Shown piece by piece: positions 1 through 13,031 of a stretch of DNA of 64,000 bases; the stretch's first letter is position 1; each line of letters starts with the position of its first letter. The DNA comes from Eledone cirrhosa (taxonomy: Eukaryota). The translations under genes and the position numbers were made by a program. The stretch spans positions 48,732,001 through 48,796,000 of the forward strand of contig OZ024746.1 of NCBI GenBank assembly GCA_964016885.1, given 5' to 3'. Under the pieces are notes generated by a model. That model was not told the DNA's origin, ran no database searches, and saw only the letters and a list, made by a program, of their open reading frames with translations.

Positions 1-258
1 TTGTGCACTGCAAACAGTGCGTTGAGCCGGTGCTTATACAGGTTTCATGGCGTGAAGCGACTAAGAGTACAGGACTACAGGACTCCCCACACCTAGACAG
101 AACGCGAGTCCATCGCCAGGTTAAACCCCCAGCTATTGGTGGGGCAATGTGAAATGAAGTGTTTCTGCTCAAGAACACTAGACGCAAGCCAGTCCAGGAA
201 TCGAACCCATGACATTACCATCGTAAGTCCAACGCCCTTACCACTAGGACATGTGCCT
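1..258 (-). mobile_element. tRNA-derived SINE (family A), truncated by window edge
   Basis: Minus strand reads aggcacatgtcctagtggtaagggcg...gggttcgattcc (A-box/B-box-like head), followed by gtgttcttgagcag..cactt. A homologous copy lies at 4656-4799. Confidence 0.7.
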
Positions 259-617
259 TAATTTAGGGTATATTTATCTAAGACTGCTTGCCAATGTATC
301 CCTTTTAAATTGGCAGGGTGACATATGAGGAAGAATGGGCTGCTATTTCTCCAGCGATTTGAACAACCACTTTGTGATCTTATCGTGGTATATAATCTTC
401 TCATACAGCAACTATTTAGATTTTAATCCTTTTGGTGGGTTCGACGGAATAGGAAACAATTAAACAGGAGACTGGATATAATCGCTAATCCCTGTTTACC
501 TGACATTAAGACCTTGCGTTCAAATGAAATATCATTATCATGTCACCAATTAGGGTGCTAGAAATCGAAATGTGTATAATGCCGAGCAAAGCATCTTGTC
601 GAGCCAGCGACTGAGAT

Positions 618-790
618 TCGGGTGGTTGTTCAATCTGCTAGAAATAGCAGCGAAATCTCCATGTTATTACCGAAAGAACATGTTGAGCAATCTAGTCTCT
701 GATATATAAAAAAAATGTAGGATGGTCACAACTGGTATGCCTTTGACCATACCTTCATTCAATAAGAACTGACCTACGGTTAAACCACAA
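618..790 (+). repeat. Dispersed repeat, probable retroposon 3' part
   Basis: gttcaatctgctagaaatagcagc...ggatggtcaca..tgg...ctgacct..ggttaaacca is shared with 18215-18432, and a short inverted piece lies near 338-370. Confidence 0.5.
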
Positions 791-1500
791 TTTTATTTAG
801 CTTCTGAAATGAAATCTTGTTGTGGTTGACTTTACTTTCAACCTACGTGAATTCAATAAAAGAAATACTATTCAAATTTTGAAGCTAATTTAATCACGTG
901 TGTCCTTCACCAACATTTATGGCCTCGTACCAATTTATAGAATTAATTTGATTATATCATCAAGCCGGAATGTGTAAACTATTTGTGTTTGTTAGATTTT
1001 TCCTGATATTTCTCCACTCATGTATTCCTTCGAGAAATTTCATGAATTATGTAAATTTTATCCTCTTAGTGCATCCAATTCCCTCTCTGGACATTTACTT
1101 TCCAAAGTAAATACATTCATTTCTGTAATACCTACATTTACATTGAACAAATTTTTCTTTGCTGATTTTACCATCTCTCTGGGTGATTGCATGATGTGAA
1201 ATACGGGGAAATTTGAGATGAAATAAATATAACAGAAAAAAAAGGGTGAAGAGATAATAGATAAGACAAGTTAGAGAAGCTATATTTGCGGTGATGATGG
1301 TGGTAAAGATATTAATAACCTGAAATGAATAAAAAAACGTTATTTATATTGGATTTGTAGGGGGATATTTTATATTTATAAAAGGTGTTCATGTGTAAGT
1401 CTGAGTGAATTGGATGACTATATGTGAATATATAAATACATACATATATGTGTACATACACACACACATATATATATACATATTATGTATTTATATAATA

Positions 1501-1612
<112 letters not shown>

Positions 1613-1627
1613 ATATATATAACAAAG

Positions 1628-1676
1628 ATCTAGCTGTCGAAACGGCCGCGGCTCAGCCGTCGGGGTCCTGACTCTT
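1628..1676 (+). mobile_element. Short PLE relic carrying the 3' half of a hammerhead (family of the 11.7-15.5 kb element)
   Basis: gtc GAAA cggc cgcggctca gccg TC ggggtcc matches 15426-15457 and 20548-20568; it is flanked by (TA)n on both sides. Confidence 0.6.
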
Positions 1677-1774
1677 TATATATATTTAAAATACATACAT
1701 ATTATTATCATTATTGTAAGATAGATAGGCGGTATGTTTCATAGGTCATCACGATAGAGAGGTGGATTCATTTC

Positions 1775-2375
1775 TCTAACTGAGAAGCGTGGCTGATCGA
1801 CGTGGTTGAACCGATCAAGACGTCACAGCTAGGATTAACAAAGCAAGAGCAGCTTTCATCGTCCTAAGGAACGTCTAGGCATCAAAAGAGATCTACTCAA
1901 GAACTAAACTTTGCGTTGCGTCTTCAACTCCAACGTGAAGGTGATACTGCTATGTGGATGAGAAACTTGGAGGACAACAAAGAAGATGCAGCAGAAAATT
2001 CCAGACATTCTTCAACACCTGTCTGAGTCACATCTACAACATCAAATGACTGGAGAAGACCAGAAACGAAGATCTGTAGAAGTGAGCGGGGTGGGGCAAG
2101 AAACAGTGGCAAATTAGATTCTGCCGAAGAAGTGGAGCTGGGTTGAATATACCGCCAGGAAGCCAACATCCAACACCACACGCCATCCCTGATTTGGAAC
2201 CTGCAGGGTAAAAGGAAGAGAGGTCGTCTCCGTGGCAGCTGGGGGCGTGACACTGAGGGTGAAGTAAAACAACTGGAGCAGAGTGGCGAGAACAGCCCAG
2301 GATTGTGTACGAAGGCGGAGGATCGTCTATGGCGTATACTCCACAGAGAGCGATGGGGCTAAAGGAATGATGATG
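1775..2375 (+). pseudogene. Decayed RTE-clade LINE, 3' end of the RT ORF
   Basis: Piecewise translation gives DVTARINKARAAF...FNSNVKVILL.G*ETWRTTKK...QTFFNTCL..I..IK and WNLQGKRKRGR, typical of RTE C-termini. It has several stops and frameshifts and a (tga)n-like tail. Confidence 0.75.
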
Positions 2376-2601
2376 ACTGAATATTTGTATTAAATACACG
2401 CCAAGTGTAAAATATGCCTTTCATTAGTGCAAAACCCGGTAACTGATACTGCTAATCCACCACACTCAGTTGGCAGAGTCATCTTCTGATGGAAGGGGAG
2501 GTTCATCTAATTCATTATACACGCCCTTAGAAATTGTCGACTTCAGCCTACGTCTGATGATATTGATATTAATACTATAACTATAATTATCGTTATTGTT
2601 A

Positions 2602-2735
2602 GCTGGTGGATTGCCAGAGTCGGATAAATATATTGCATTTTTTGTTCTAACTTTTGACGTTCTGAGTTCAAATCACAACGAGGTTCACTTTGCCTTTCAT
2701 CTTTCCGAAGTGGATAAAATAAAATACTAGTTACG
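2602..2735 (+). mobile_element. tRNA-derived SINE (family B), partial
   Basis: gttctgagttcaaatc B-box followed by ctttgcctttcatctttccgaagtggataaaat, shared with six other copies in the window. Confidence 0.75.
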
Positions 2736-2939
2736 AACGTGCTGGACTTGGAGCAAACCTAGAGATAAATATTGTTTTTGCTGTTGTTGTGATTGTTCAA
2801 CAAATAGGGGTTCACATTGAAAAGGGTGATTACAGTAGAATCAATAAAGTTTAATTATGGACGAGCGATGGAGAAAAAGTAGACTATAGGGAGAGTTAGA
2901 AAGTTAGAAGTGGTGTTTATGAAAGGCAACACAACTGAC

Positions 2940-3250
2940 GATTCCAGATGTAGGGCTAGGGCACATGCTTTTATACAGGACGGGATGAAAGTCATTCGAT
3001 GAGCCTGAATGGCGACAGCAGAGCGTAGCAACACAACCACAATCCGGTCTTTGGCGGACCACGATGGGCTTATGTTACACGATCCCAAACAGATGTATGC
3101 GACTTTTCATCAGCATTTTGTTCAACTGTTTGCGAATACTTGTTGGCAGGTCACGGAATTGAATTCATTGGCCACTTCAACTTCCTGTCACGTGTCTTGA
3201 TGACAGAGGCTTAGTGTTGCCAAAAATCATTAACAGCCGCTGAAATACGT
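2940..3250 (+). pseudogene. Possible decayed L1/Tx1-like ORF2 fragment (EN-RT linker)
   Basis: TIRSLADHDGLMLHDPKQMYATFHQHFVQLF...CCQKSLTAAEIR resembles the region preceding the RT domain in L1/Tx1 ORF2. Recognised by eye only; contains stops. Confidence 0.4.
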
Positions 3251-3262
3251 ATTAGTAGTTGT

Positions 3263-3482
3263 GGCTGTGGAATGGTACTATCGGCAGAATTACGGACATC
3301 ATGTTTTGCGGCAGAGAGATACTGCCCATTACGTTCTGAGTTCAAATCCCGCCGAAGTTAGCTTTGGCATCATCCAAACGGGGTCGATGCAATAATGTAC
3401 CAGTAATGCACTAGGGGTTAGTTAATCGACTTTCCCCTTCTCATCAAATTGCTGGCATAGTGCCAAAAGTAGAAACAATTAT
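3263..3482 (+). mobile_element. tRNA-derived SINE (family B), near full length
   Basis: B-box gagttcaaatccc, central catcc...ggggtcgat...gtaccagt, and 3' ttgctggc..gtgcc.aaagtagaaacaatt running into a trinucleotide tail. Confidence 0.8.
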
Positions 3483-3599
3483 TGTTAGTAGTTGTATAAT
3501 CAGCTGTAGCTGTAGCGACAGCAACAGCAGAATCAACTGCAGCAGCAGCAGCAGCAGCAAGTGCAGCAGCAGCAGTATCAGTAGTAGTAGCAGTATTAG

Positions 3600-3646
<47 letters not shown>

Positions 3647-3752
3647 GTAGTAGTAGTAGTAGTAGTAGTGGCGGCGGCGGTGGAGGCGGCAGCAGTAGCA
3701 GTAGTTGTAGTTGTTGCTGTTGTAGTAGTAGTAGTAGTAGTAGTAGTAGTAT
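3483..3752. repeat. Compound trinucleotide microsatellite (agc/att/agt/ggc)
   Basis: Directly visible; it begins at the SINE tail. Confidence 0.95.
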
Positions 3753-4655
3753 ACGTTGATATTCAGCTACTATGCTTGGTAAAGTATTGAGAATGTTTAC
3801 ACATGACATACTTGAGAATTTAGGAAGCTCTATGTTAGATAAACATATAGATATATCATCGTCGCATGCAGTTAATTTAGGAGTATTTCACACCTGAAGT
3901 AATTTGAAATTTGATATGTAAGATATCAGAATATCCAATTTAGGTGTGTTTCTCCTCAATACGTACATCCAAGAACACTGTGTTATATTTCTAGTTGGCC
4001 ATTTTTGTGTATTTTTTCAACAAACATGCGTACGAACATATACGCATATACTCATACACACAAATACATTCACACACACAGATGTACTTGCCTACTTATA
4101 CACATATACATACATGCAGATACATATACACCATAAAGTATATGTTAGTAACTTTCAAAATATTTTTCTTTACGTCTATGTTAATGCTGCGGGCAGTTAG
4201 AGAAAATATAATGGTCATGTGATAATTTCACCTATCACCTCACTCATTGTTCGTCAGAAATAACAAGCATACAACTGTGAACTTATCATATATGTTTCAC
4301 TTACTGGAGAAACAAGTTTTAATGTTAGTTGAAACTTAAGATCTTAAATCTGTTGGTAAAACAGTCTGCATATTAATGCTAATATTTGTGCTAGTTTTTA
4401 GTATGTATGTTGCATCTGGTACTTATTCTTGTATTATAAAATATACTATAATATTTTGCCTCTTGTTCAAGTTATTTTATAAGTAGCTGTTAAATATATT
4501 TTTTTTCTAGAGATCGGATGAAATAAAGACCCATGACAAACTTATATTGACATTTGAAACTAGATTAATTGTTTTCCACTCCATTCTGCAATGAGAGTCG
4601 TGGGTTTTAATCACCGAGTCTATTTGCACCACGAGGGTATTTAAATATAAGTAAA

Positions 4656-4799
4656 GGCACATGGAGTAGTCATTAGAGCGTCGGGCTTACACTCGTGAGG
4701 TTGTGAGTTCGATTCTCCCATCGTGCATTGCGCTGTGTTCTTGAGCAGGGCACTTTATTTCACGTTGCTCCAGTTCACTTAGCTGTAGAAATGAGTTAC
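4656..4799 (+). mobile_element. tRNA-derived SINE (family A), partial
   Basis: aggcacatgg.gtagt..ttagagcg...gagttcgattc...tgtgttcttgagcagggcacttt; homologous to 1-258. Confidence 0.7.
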
Positions 4800-4936
4800 A
4801 CTATGAGAGTAAATATATGTTTAATTAACATACGCATGAAAATATATTTCCAAACCTATCTACACTTACCATATCGTAGAACATATGTATATATATGTGT
4901 GTGTAGGTATATGTGTACATAGGCTCACACATACCC

Positions 4937-4972
<36 letters not shown>

Positions 4973-5792
4973 AAAAAGAATCATGATCGTTTCGATGATA
5001 TTACTGCTACCATCCATTAGCAAGTTAATGGAAACGAAATAATGTTTTAATCAATAGTTTTAGCACATACAGCTGAACTTGTAAATCGATGTTTTCACTT
5101 AAAAAGCAACAGCCGAGGAAAATTGTAATGAATTGGTGGTTAAATATTTTGGCAGATGTAAACGTTGCTTATGGTGAGTAAAACTTTAAAATTTCCTATG
5201 GTCTTCTTCATCTGGCCGATGGTTCAACTCCTGCTGTTCTTCCATATGTTTGGTAGATGAAACTGTGGCTGATGTTTTATCCAACAAGATATAATTTACC
5301 CTTCGTATTGAAAACCTGCAAATGATGTGGTAGTTTTGCTAACTAAGCAGATCAATACTGGCAAAGTGCCAGAGTGAAATAGTATGTCAGTAGAGCTGCT
5401 TTAAAATGAGAGGCAGGAGTTTTCTTTCTGCTAAACTTAATTTGATAACAAACAACTTGAAAGGAACTTCTATATCCCAAGACTGGATTGAGAGGAATTC
5501 TTGTCTTAATACACGAAGGTAGATGGTATAAATGTATGTGGTGCTATTTGTCATATTTGTCTCTTCTAGTTCATTGGCAAGTTTGTTAGGGTGATATATG
5601 AATACATCTGACTCTAAATAATTTGGATTTAGATCAGGAAGGAGACGATTTCCTATAAGTTCATAGAGAAGCAGGTGTCTCTGTATTAGGTATTTGTTGT
5701 CTTACTCAATAAAATAATTAGCCCTGAAAGTACGTGAATTATTGACGGTCGTAAGAATGAAAACTCGGTACCGAAGTAGAGTTTAAATATTC

Positions 5793-5933
5793 ATTTATTA
5801 TGGCTAAGTGATGAGCCTTGTTACTCTGGAGTTTCACCTCCGTTCTTACGGGATCATCAGACATAACTGGTGATCCTGTGAGTGCGCAGGTGAAACTTTA
5901 GAGTAACACAGCTCACCAATAGCCACAATAAAT
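5793..5933 (+). other. Long imperfect hairpin with G-U pairs
   Basis: tgttactctggagtttcacct pairs with aggtgaaactttagagtaaca, and ttacgggatcatcag pairs with ctggtgatcctgtga around a 6-nt loop (acataa). Outer arms are atttattatggcta / tagccacaataaat. Confidence 0.75.
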
Positions 5934-6089
5934 CAATGTATATATATATACATACATACATACATACATAGGAGATGAATAAATTGGCTATAATACCAGT
6001 TTATTACCAAATGCGAAGAAGCTCGATATATCAACCCCTTAGGAAAGGGTAGAAAGTATTATTGTTTTTACATTATATATATATATATA

Positions 6090-6301
6090 TTAGAAAGTGA
6101 GGTTTTTTTTACAAAATGAAAAATAACCGAGGTGTCCTACACGATGTGTTCTACAGATGTGAGAAAAACCACAGACCCTCCATCTCAACTCTACTTTTGA
6201 AAAACAGAAGAACTGCGAAACCGGTAAAGGAACCAAATAAATATATATATTTTTTTTAAAATAAGACTCCAGTTGCATTTTCGATTTCATCTTTTTTTCT
6301 T

Positions 6302-6303
<2 letters not shown>
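6090..6303 (+). mobile_element. Non-coding PLE relic (family X): inverted tail plus HHR segment
   Basis: Near-identical to 9538-9752 and 20718-20946. The tail 6090-6144 is inverted relative to the rest; flanked by (TA)n. Confidence 0.8.
6193..6230 (+). ncRNA. Minimal type I hammerhead, UUGAAAA core (mutated copy)
   Basis: actt TTGAAAA acag aagaa ctgc GAAA ccgg TA aagg; one mismatch each in stems I and II relative to the 9573 copy. Confidence 0.55.
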
Positions 6304-6335
<32 letters not shown>

Positions 6336-6347
6336 TAGAGAGAGAGA

Positions 6348-6593
6348 CAGGGGCAGGGAACTGGTGGGAGGCAGTGGGGCTATGCACCCTCCAATAATTA
6401 TATTTTCTCCTCAAACTACCAAAACACACATCTATTTGTGTATGCGATACAATTTATGTAAATGTTATGTTCATTGCATATCGAAGTTTTCTGACTATTT
6501 TAGAGTGCAAAGAGCTAAACTAATCACTACAACTAAATTGACCAAAAATGTCCCCCATCCCACCCCAATTCAGAAGTGCTTCCACCGCCCCTG
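6348..6593. mobile_element. MITE, hAT-like ends
   Basis: Imperfect terminal inverted repeats cagggg c..ggaa / ttcc..cgcccctg, with a non-coding interior. No target-site duplication was confirmed. Confidence 0.5.
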
Positions 6594-8182
6594 TGAATCT
6601 GTGAATATTTGTATGGAATTATATTGTAATATAAAGGTTCGGAACACACTCAATGGGCAATTTAATTTTCAATTTCTATAAGCCATGATATTAAAAACAG
6701 ATGTTATACAAACCCATACACTGCAGCATAAATTGAAAACCTTTTACTTATGCTTTTCAAGAATTTGACCTTTGCAAACACCCGAGCTTCATAATAACTG
6801 GAGAGTTATGTAATCTGTAAGTCTAGGTTATTTAAGAAACTGCTTTATCTACATGATACCGACTTTCTTTATACTGAAAATGAAATTCAATATATGGGAT
6901 CACAATGGGATTGAACAAGACTAAAGCAATTTTCATTCCAACGCAAAGTGGGCCTCACATTGAATTGAATACACTTTTGAATGGTAACAGATTAGACATT
7001 ATGTGCATCTTCTCATAACTTGGAAAGAGTCTGTGAAGGAATGAATTACTAACGCTGAAATGTCCACATGAATTCAAAACACTAGTACTGCATTTAACAA
7101 GTTGGAAAATAGGATGTGGTTAGACATTGACATCATCATTCGAAGTACGACCACTGTCCATAGGACATGTGTTCTGGCAGTTTTGTATTCGTTCAAGACA
7201 TTGAACGAAGTACACTCGACTTTGTAAAATCGACCTTGCTTGAGAGATTTCACCAACATTGTGAGCGGCGCATTTTCTTTATCAAGTTTATATTTCGCAG
7301 CGAAAACTGAAAGCGTGTACATAAAATATAAGCAGTTGAACGATGTGAAACGATAAAATAAAGATCAACAATCACGGCATACATATTACAAACTTTATTA
7401 TGTTGGAATGTTTGATAATTAATCAGTTGTATCTCAAAGAGGAATTATGTTCCCTTTTTGCATCTTGATGAAGTTTTCGAATAATCGCATTCCACATTAT
7501 ATACGATGAAGAGAATGTAGAAACTCAGTGATGTTGCAGAAGAATCTTGTAACGAGCCAGATTAAATACACTAGATTATTAAATTTCAACACTGCTTCGC
7601 TAAAATCGATCCTGTAATGATGTTTATAGCTAATCCTTATGGTTGTACTGTAGTTATTAAGATGAACATTAAGAATAATACTTTGGGATCAAATAAATCG
7701 AGTAAAGTTGCTTCTATTAACAAATTTGAACTTATGGCAATACGAAATAATGGGATTGTAATTCTCTTTATTAGATTATCCCGAATTTATAAATGCCTAA
7801 TGCCTTCATGATCGAGTTAATGCAGTGGTTTTGAAATCTTTATTTTTCGTTACACTGCATACAAATAACCCTAATTTGATGCAGATAATAGTATTTCCAC
7901 AACCTGTTTGTAGCTTTCTATAATATTAAATAAAACTGATTTTTTCTTTATTATTTAACCAAGTAGAGAAGTGCAGGGCCCGTGATACTTTCAAGTCATC
8001 CGGGACTGATGAGAAAGTGGGTAGGTGGGGAAGATCAGGAAAATTTGAAATGGGAATTGTAAAATATGTGCGTCCCTAAGCAAATGACTACAATAATATT
8101 CGTCCACAATAAATTTATAAAAGTCAAGAGCTAACGAATGAAGTCAAATAGAGAATTGATTTGTAATATCACTATCAATCTA

Positions 8183-8497
8183 CAGGGTGGCCCGAAAGTC
8201 TTGGTAAACCCTTGTCACATATTGTTTTAACTTTCATTATTTTTTTGTTTTAATAATATAATATATAATATTAATTATAATATATAACAATAATAATATA
8301 ATTTTCTATTTTAGAGCTCCTACAGTTTGGGAGAGAGGCTGCTTGCAAGTGTATGGACATGATCGTGTACATTCTGGCAAGAGCATGGTGAATGTGCGAC
8401 ATGATTTCACTGCAAACCAGCTCCTCCGAAGAGGACGATACTGCGATGGGAACATAAACTTTTTGGTAGGGGGTGACAAGACTTTCGGACCATCCTG
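8183..8497. mobile_element. Tc1/mariner-type MITE
   Basis: TIRs cagggtggcccgaaagtcttg / caagactttcggaccatcctg, flanked by TA on both sides. Confidence 0.85.
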
Positions 8498-8809
8498 TAC
8501 TATTAATTAGGCATAAATTCACAAAATAAGGGCGGACTCAAGTGCTGTATCGACTGGTGTGATTAGAGTAGTAGATTAAAATAAATGAACAAGAAAAGGT
8601 AAAATATAACTAAACATTATTAAAAAATAAAGGGTTAAAGAGATTATTAAATGTATCTTTGTGTGGATAGGAGAATAGCCTATAATTAAAAATAATATAT
8701 TAAAAATGTAAACCTTAACTTTAGGTTATATTGGTAGTAGAACATTAAAACATGATACTCAATATATGTGTGAAATTGACATCCGAACGATTATACTCCA
8801 TTACCAACT

Positions 8810-9201
8810 AACTTACACTCCACCTGTGGGTTCTGCTTGACAGGGTGGAGAATACATTGTCCCGGAGGACGAAGAGAGAGGGACGCGCTGGAACAGCTCC
8901 TCCACCTAGCGGGGCACGCAACTGCGGGCGGCCAATTCCGCTAGGTCGCAAATTAGGTAGTTGGATAATTATATGGATATAGTACCAAGAGGAATATGAT
9001 AAACAGATAAGATGGTACACAGATGCCAATGATGATGTTGATGATAATGACGATGAGGATGAGGATGAAGGGTCACTGTTGGCCTGGAACTTTCTCGGGA
9101 GAGCGCCCCACCTAGGGTGGCCCTACCAGGAGCAAAGCTCTAGACAGTAACACTCTCAGATTTACTGAGCACACAAGACCCCCCCCCCGCCACGACAAGG
9201 C
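8810..9201 (-). mobile_element. Probable RTE-LINE 5' UTR-derived fragment
   Basis: Minus strand gccttgtcgtggcggggggg..ttgtgtgctcagt..atctgagag...gagctttgctcctggtaggg.caccc resembles 5' ends of RTE-clade elements (recognised from memory). It is a GC-rich island. Confidence 0.5.
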
Positions 9202-9285
9202 CAGACTCAGCAGTTCCGAGTTTGTCATTTGTGAAACACGTGTTACGCCTGATTACGAATAAAACATGATGAACTGAATCTTTGA

Positions 9286-9384
<99 letters not shown>

Positions 9385-9459
9385 AAAAAGAGATGAAATC
9401 GAAAATGCAACTGGAGTCTTATTTTTTTTTATTTTTTAAAGATATATATTTATTTGGTT

Positions 9460-9497
9460 CCTTTACCGGTTTCGCAGTTCTTCTGCTTTTCAAAAGG
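9460..9497 (-). ncRNA. Minimal type I hammerhead, UUGAAAA core
   Basis: Exact reverse complement of 9573-9610. Confidence 0.75.
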
Positions 9498-9572
9498 TGA
9501 GTTGAGATGGAGGGTCTGTGGTTTTTCTCACACCAGATGTGAGAAAAACCACAGACCCTCCATCTCAACTCA

Positions 9573-9610
9573 CCTTTTGAAAAGCAGAAGAACTGCGAAA
9601 CCGGTAAAGG
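9573..9610 (+). ncRNA. Minimal type I hammerhead, UUGAAAA core
   Basis: cctt TTGAAAA gcag-aagaa-ctgc GAAA ccgg TA aagg. Stem I is cctt/aagg, stem II gcag/ctgc, stem III the palindrome accggt, with a GUA cleavage triplet. Confidence 0.75.
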
Positions 9611-9804
9611 AACCAAATAAATATATATCTTTAAAAAATAAAAAAAAATAAGACTCCAGTTGCATTTTCGATTTCATCTCTTTTTCTTTATACTTTCACT
9701 CGTGTAGGACACCTGGTTATTTTTCATTTTGTAAAAAAAACCTCACTTTCTAATATATATATATATATATCTTTATCTCTCTATCTTCCCTCTCTCTACT
9801 TCTC

Positions 9805-9919
<115 letters not shown>

Positions 9920-10204
9920 TTATCTCTCTATCTCCCCTCTCTCTACCTGTTTCTCTCTCTATCTCTCTCTTTCTATCTCCCCCCTCACTCTCTATTTCTC
10001 CCTCTCTCATTCATTAAATTGTAAGTATTTAACTGAAAAGTATTTGGTCGTAGAAATGCTTAGATAGAAGATATTACCTCAAGGTTACATCTTAGTTACT
10101 CTGAAGAATACGTGACTGTGAGGTTAAACAACACATTGATATTACCTATTCCTCTTTATCCCCCTTTGCAAATATCTTTAAATGTATTTCGTTTCTGAAT
10201 TTGT

Positions 10205-10371
10205 TTAGCAAGATTCTTTATCTGAAATCGTGTGTTGAAACCGATATTGTTATACTTTGGGAGGGTCATGTTGCCAATAAGAAACACACGCACCAGTTGC
10301 TTTCACTTGTGAAAGCAACTGGTGCGTGTGTTTCTTATTGGCAACATGACCCTCCCAAAGTATAACAATAT
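10205..10371. mobile_element. Foldback terminus of a family related to the Neptune-like PLE
   Basis: Perfect palindrome 10244-10306 / 10309-10371. tgaaatcgtgtgt.gaaac.gatattgttata.ttt.ggagggtcat is shared with 22753-22799. Confidence 0.8.
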
Positions 10372-10512
10372 TTAAATGTATTATTTCCGTCTTTCTCTCG
10401 TTTGTTTTTATTTATTATATGGAAACATAACTGACGTGATCTTACACACACTAGCACACAATCTCGCCCACATATGTGTACGTACATTTATACACACATA
10501 CATACAAAGTTT

Positions 10513-11075
<563 letters not shown>

Positions 11076-11373
11076 GTAAATATAAATTAGCTAGAATCGT
11101 ATTTCGACTATTGGAAATTAGCGAAAAACAACTTCCGAGATGTGTGGCAAGCGCTCCATAAAAGCTAGAGAACTAGAGCAATAACATAAGTTAAAAAGCC
11201 AAACACACTGAGACGATGGTTAAACCATTATCCGCACAGCCATAGAAACGACCAAGTAATTCGGGTCAAACAAATAAAATATGATTGAAAATTATACCGG
11301 ACCCCTGGACGGTTGGTAATATTCAGTATTGGGTTTCTGCAACTCCTAAATCAAGTACTGTCTGCCTAGACAA

Positions 11374-11560
11374 ATAATTGTTTCTACGTTAGGCACAAGG
11401 CCGGCAATTATCCAGTGCATTACTGGTACTTTATGTTATCGACCCCGTAAAGATGAAAGGCAAAGTTAACCTTGGCGGGATTTGAACTCAGCATGGCAAG
11501 GGCCGTAACTTTAAACGTCAAAGCAAGGCGTCCGACCCTCTACCAATACTGCCAATCCAC
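11374..11560 (-). mobile_element. tRNA-derived SINE (family B)
   Basis: Reverse complement of the 42030-42216 type, including gggatttgaactcag and gatgaaaggcaaag. Confidence 0.85.
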
Positions 11561-11802
11561 TTAGACAAATAATGTTAAGCGTTTGGTATGTTGATCGAAC
11601 AAGGAAGTCACATTTCAATAGGCTTTTAGTTCAGTGCCAAGCGATATATATGTATATATATGTGTATATATATATATATATTTTTTTATATATATATATA
11701 TATATATATAACGAAGGAAATGTGGTAAGGAACGAGGTGGACCATAACGCACCAAAGTACTCAATACTTGAGGTAGTAGAGTGGGTAATAGGAACCAGTA
11801 AG

Positions 11803-11896
11803 ACCCCGACAGCTGAGCTCAAGCCGTTTCGACGGCTAATTCTGGACTAAATGAAAATTTATCCTGGTATTTAAATAGCCGATCTTCTCAAGGGGT
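11803..11896 (-). ncRNA. Type I hammerhead, UUGAGAA core, in PLE 3' pLTR
   Basis: Reverse complement of 15363-15456. Confidence 0.75.
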
Positions 11897-13031
11897 AATT
11901 CCATATATGGTCAAAGTGATTGTCAAAAATCAGTAGTAATTCTGTGGTTGCAAATTAGTAGGGGAGATGGTGGCTAAACCTGCCAGTAGGAGAAAGAGGG
12001 GAGGGGGTGGAGTAGACCCAATCAGGCGTTTGTAGTGCCAGCTACAGCTGGGCATGAGGTCAAAGAAGATACAGGGGAGGGGGAGGGGGAGGAAGTCGGA
12101 ACGGTAGGTAGAACAATGGGGGGTAGAAATATATAGGAAAGAAAAAATACTGAGAGTGAAGAAAAGCAAATAAGTGTAAAGAAAAACAAATGAGTGTAAA
12201 GAAAAAAGTAAAGTAAATTAAATTCTACGACCTAGGTCTCTAGCTATTGTTAGGCTAGAATAAATAAATAAATAAAGAAAGAAAGAAGTAAAGAAAGAAA
12301 TAAAGAAATAACGAAATAAGTAAAAGAACTAGGTGGGACGGATAGGCGAGGACCCTTTTAAGAGGTATAAGTACGTAAATGATACGGTAACGGGTCAACA
12401 AAAGGGGCCAAAATACTAAAGAGACTACCACGAAATAAACAATAAAGGTTTCCATCCCGGGCACAATTCCAGCAACCACCCAGTGCAGCAAAGTGAACTA
12501 ATACGAGATAATAATTCTGAGTCCCGAGAAAAATATATACTAATGCTAACTCTAAAAGATCTAAAACAAGCTACATGAAAGTTCGTACGAAGTAAAGGTA
12601 GAATACGGAAAAATAAATTCAGAATCCACCCCGCCCAAAAGAAAAGCGAAGAAAGAAATACTGAAACGAAAAAATAAGGCATAAGTGCCACTAAGAAATA
12701 TAGAGGGCACAGAGAATAGTGGGAGCGGTCGGAAAAAGGGGACAATTATCCGGGGTCTAAACCAACTGCTATAAAGGGCGGAGTCCGCCAAATCTATCCT
12801 AGACTAGGGGAGGGGGTGGGGGTACTAAGGCTACAAGGGGCCAAAGGGCAGCCTCGGGTGGGCGAGAAAAGACGCCGATAAAGGAGAAGAGCTGGGGTAG
12901 AAGGACTAAGGAGAGAGGGGGAAAGAGGGGGGAAGGAAGGAAATAAAGGAAGCGATAAAAGAATACAAAGAAGATCTTACGTCTCCCTTGGCAAGCAGGG
13001 GTTACCCATTGCAAAATCGGCAAGTGGGGTG

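Larger units (their letters stand above)
9378..9752 (+). mobile_element. Foldback PLE relic (family X): 155-bp perfect arms plus ~60-bp tail
   Basis: 9378-9532 is the reverse complement of 9538-9692 (loop ccaga), with a unique tail at 9693-9752 and (TA)n on both sides. Confidence 0.9.
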
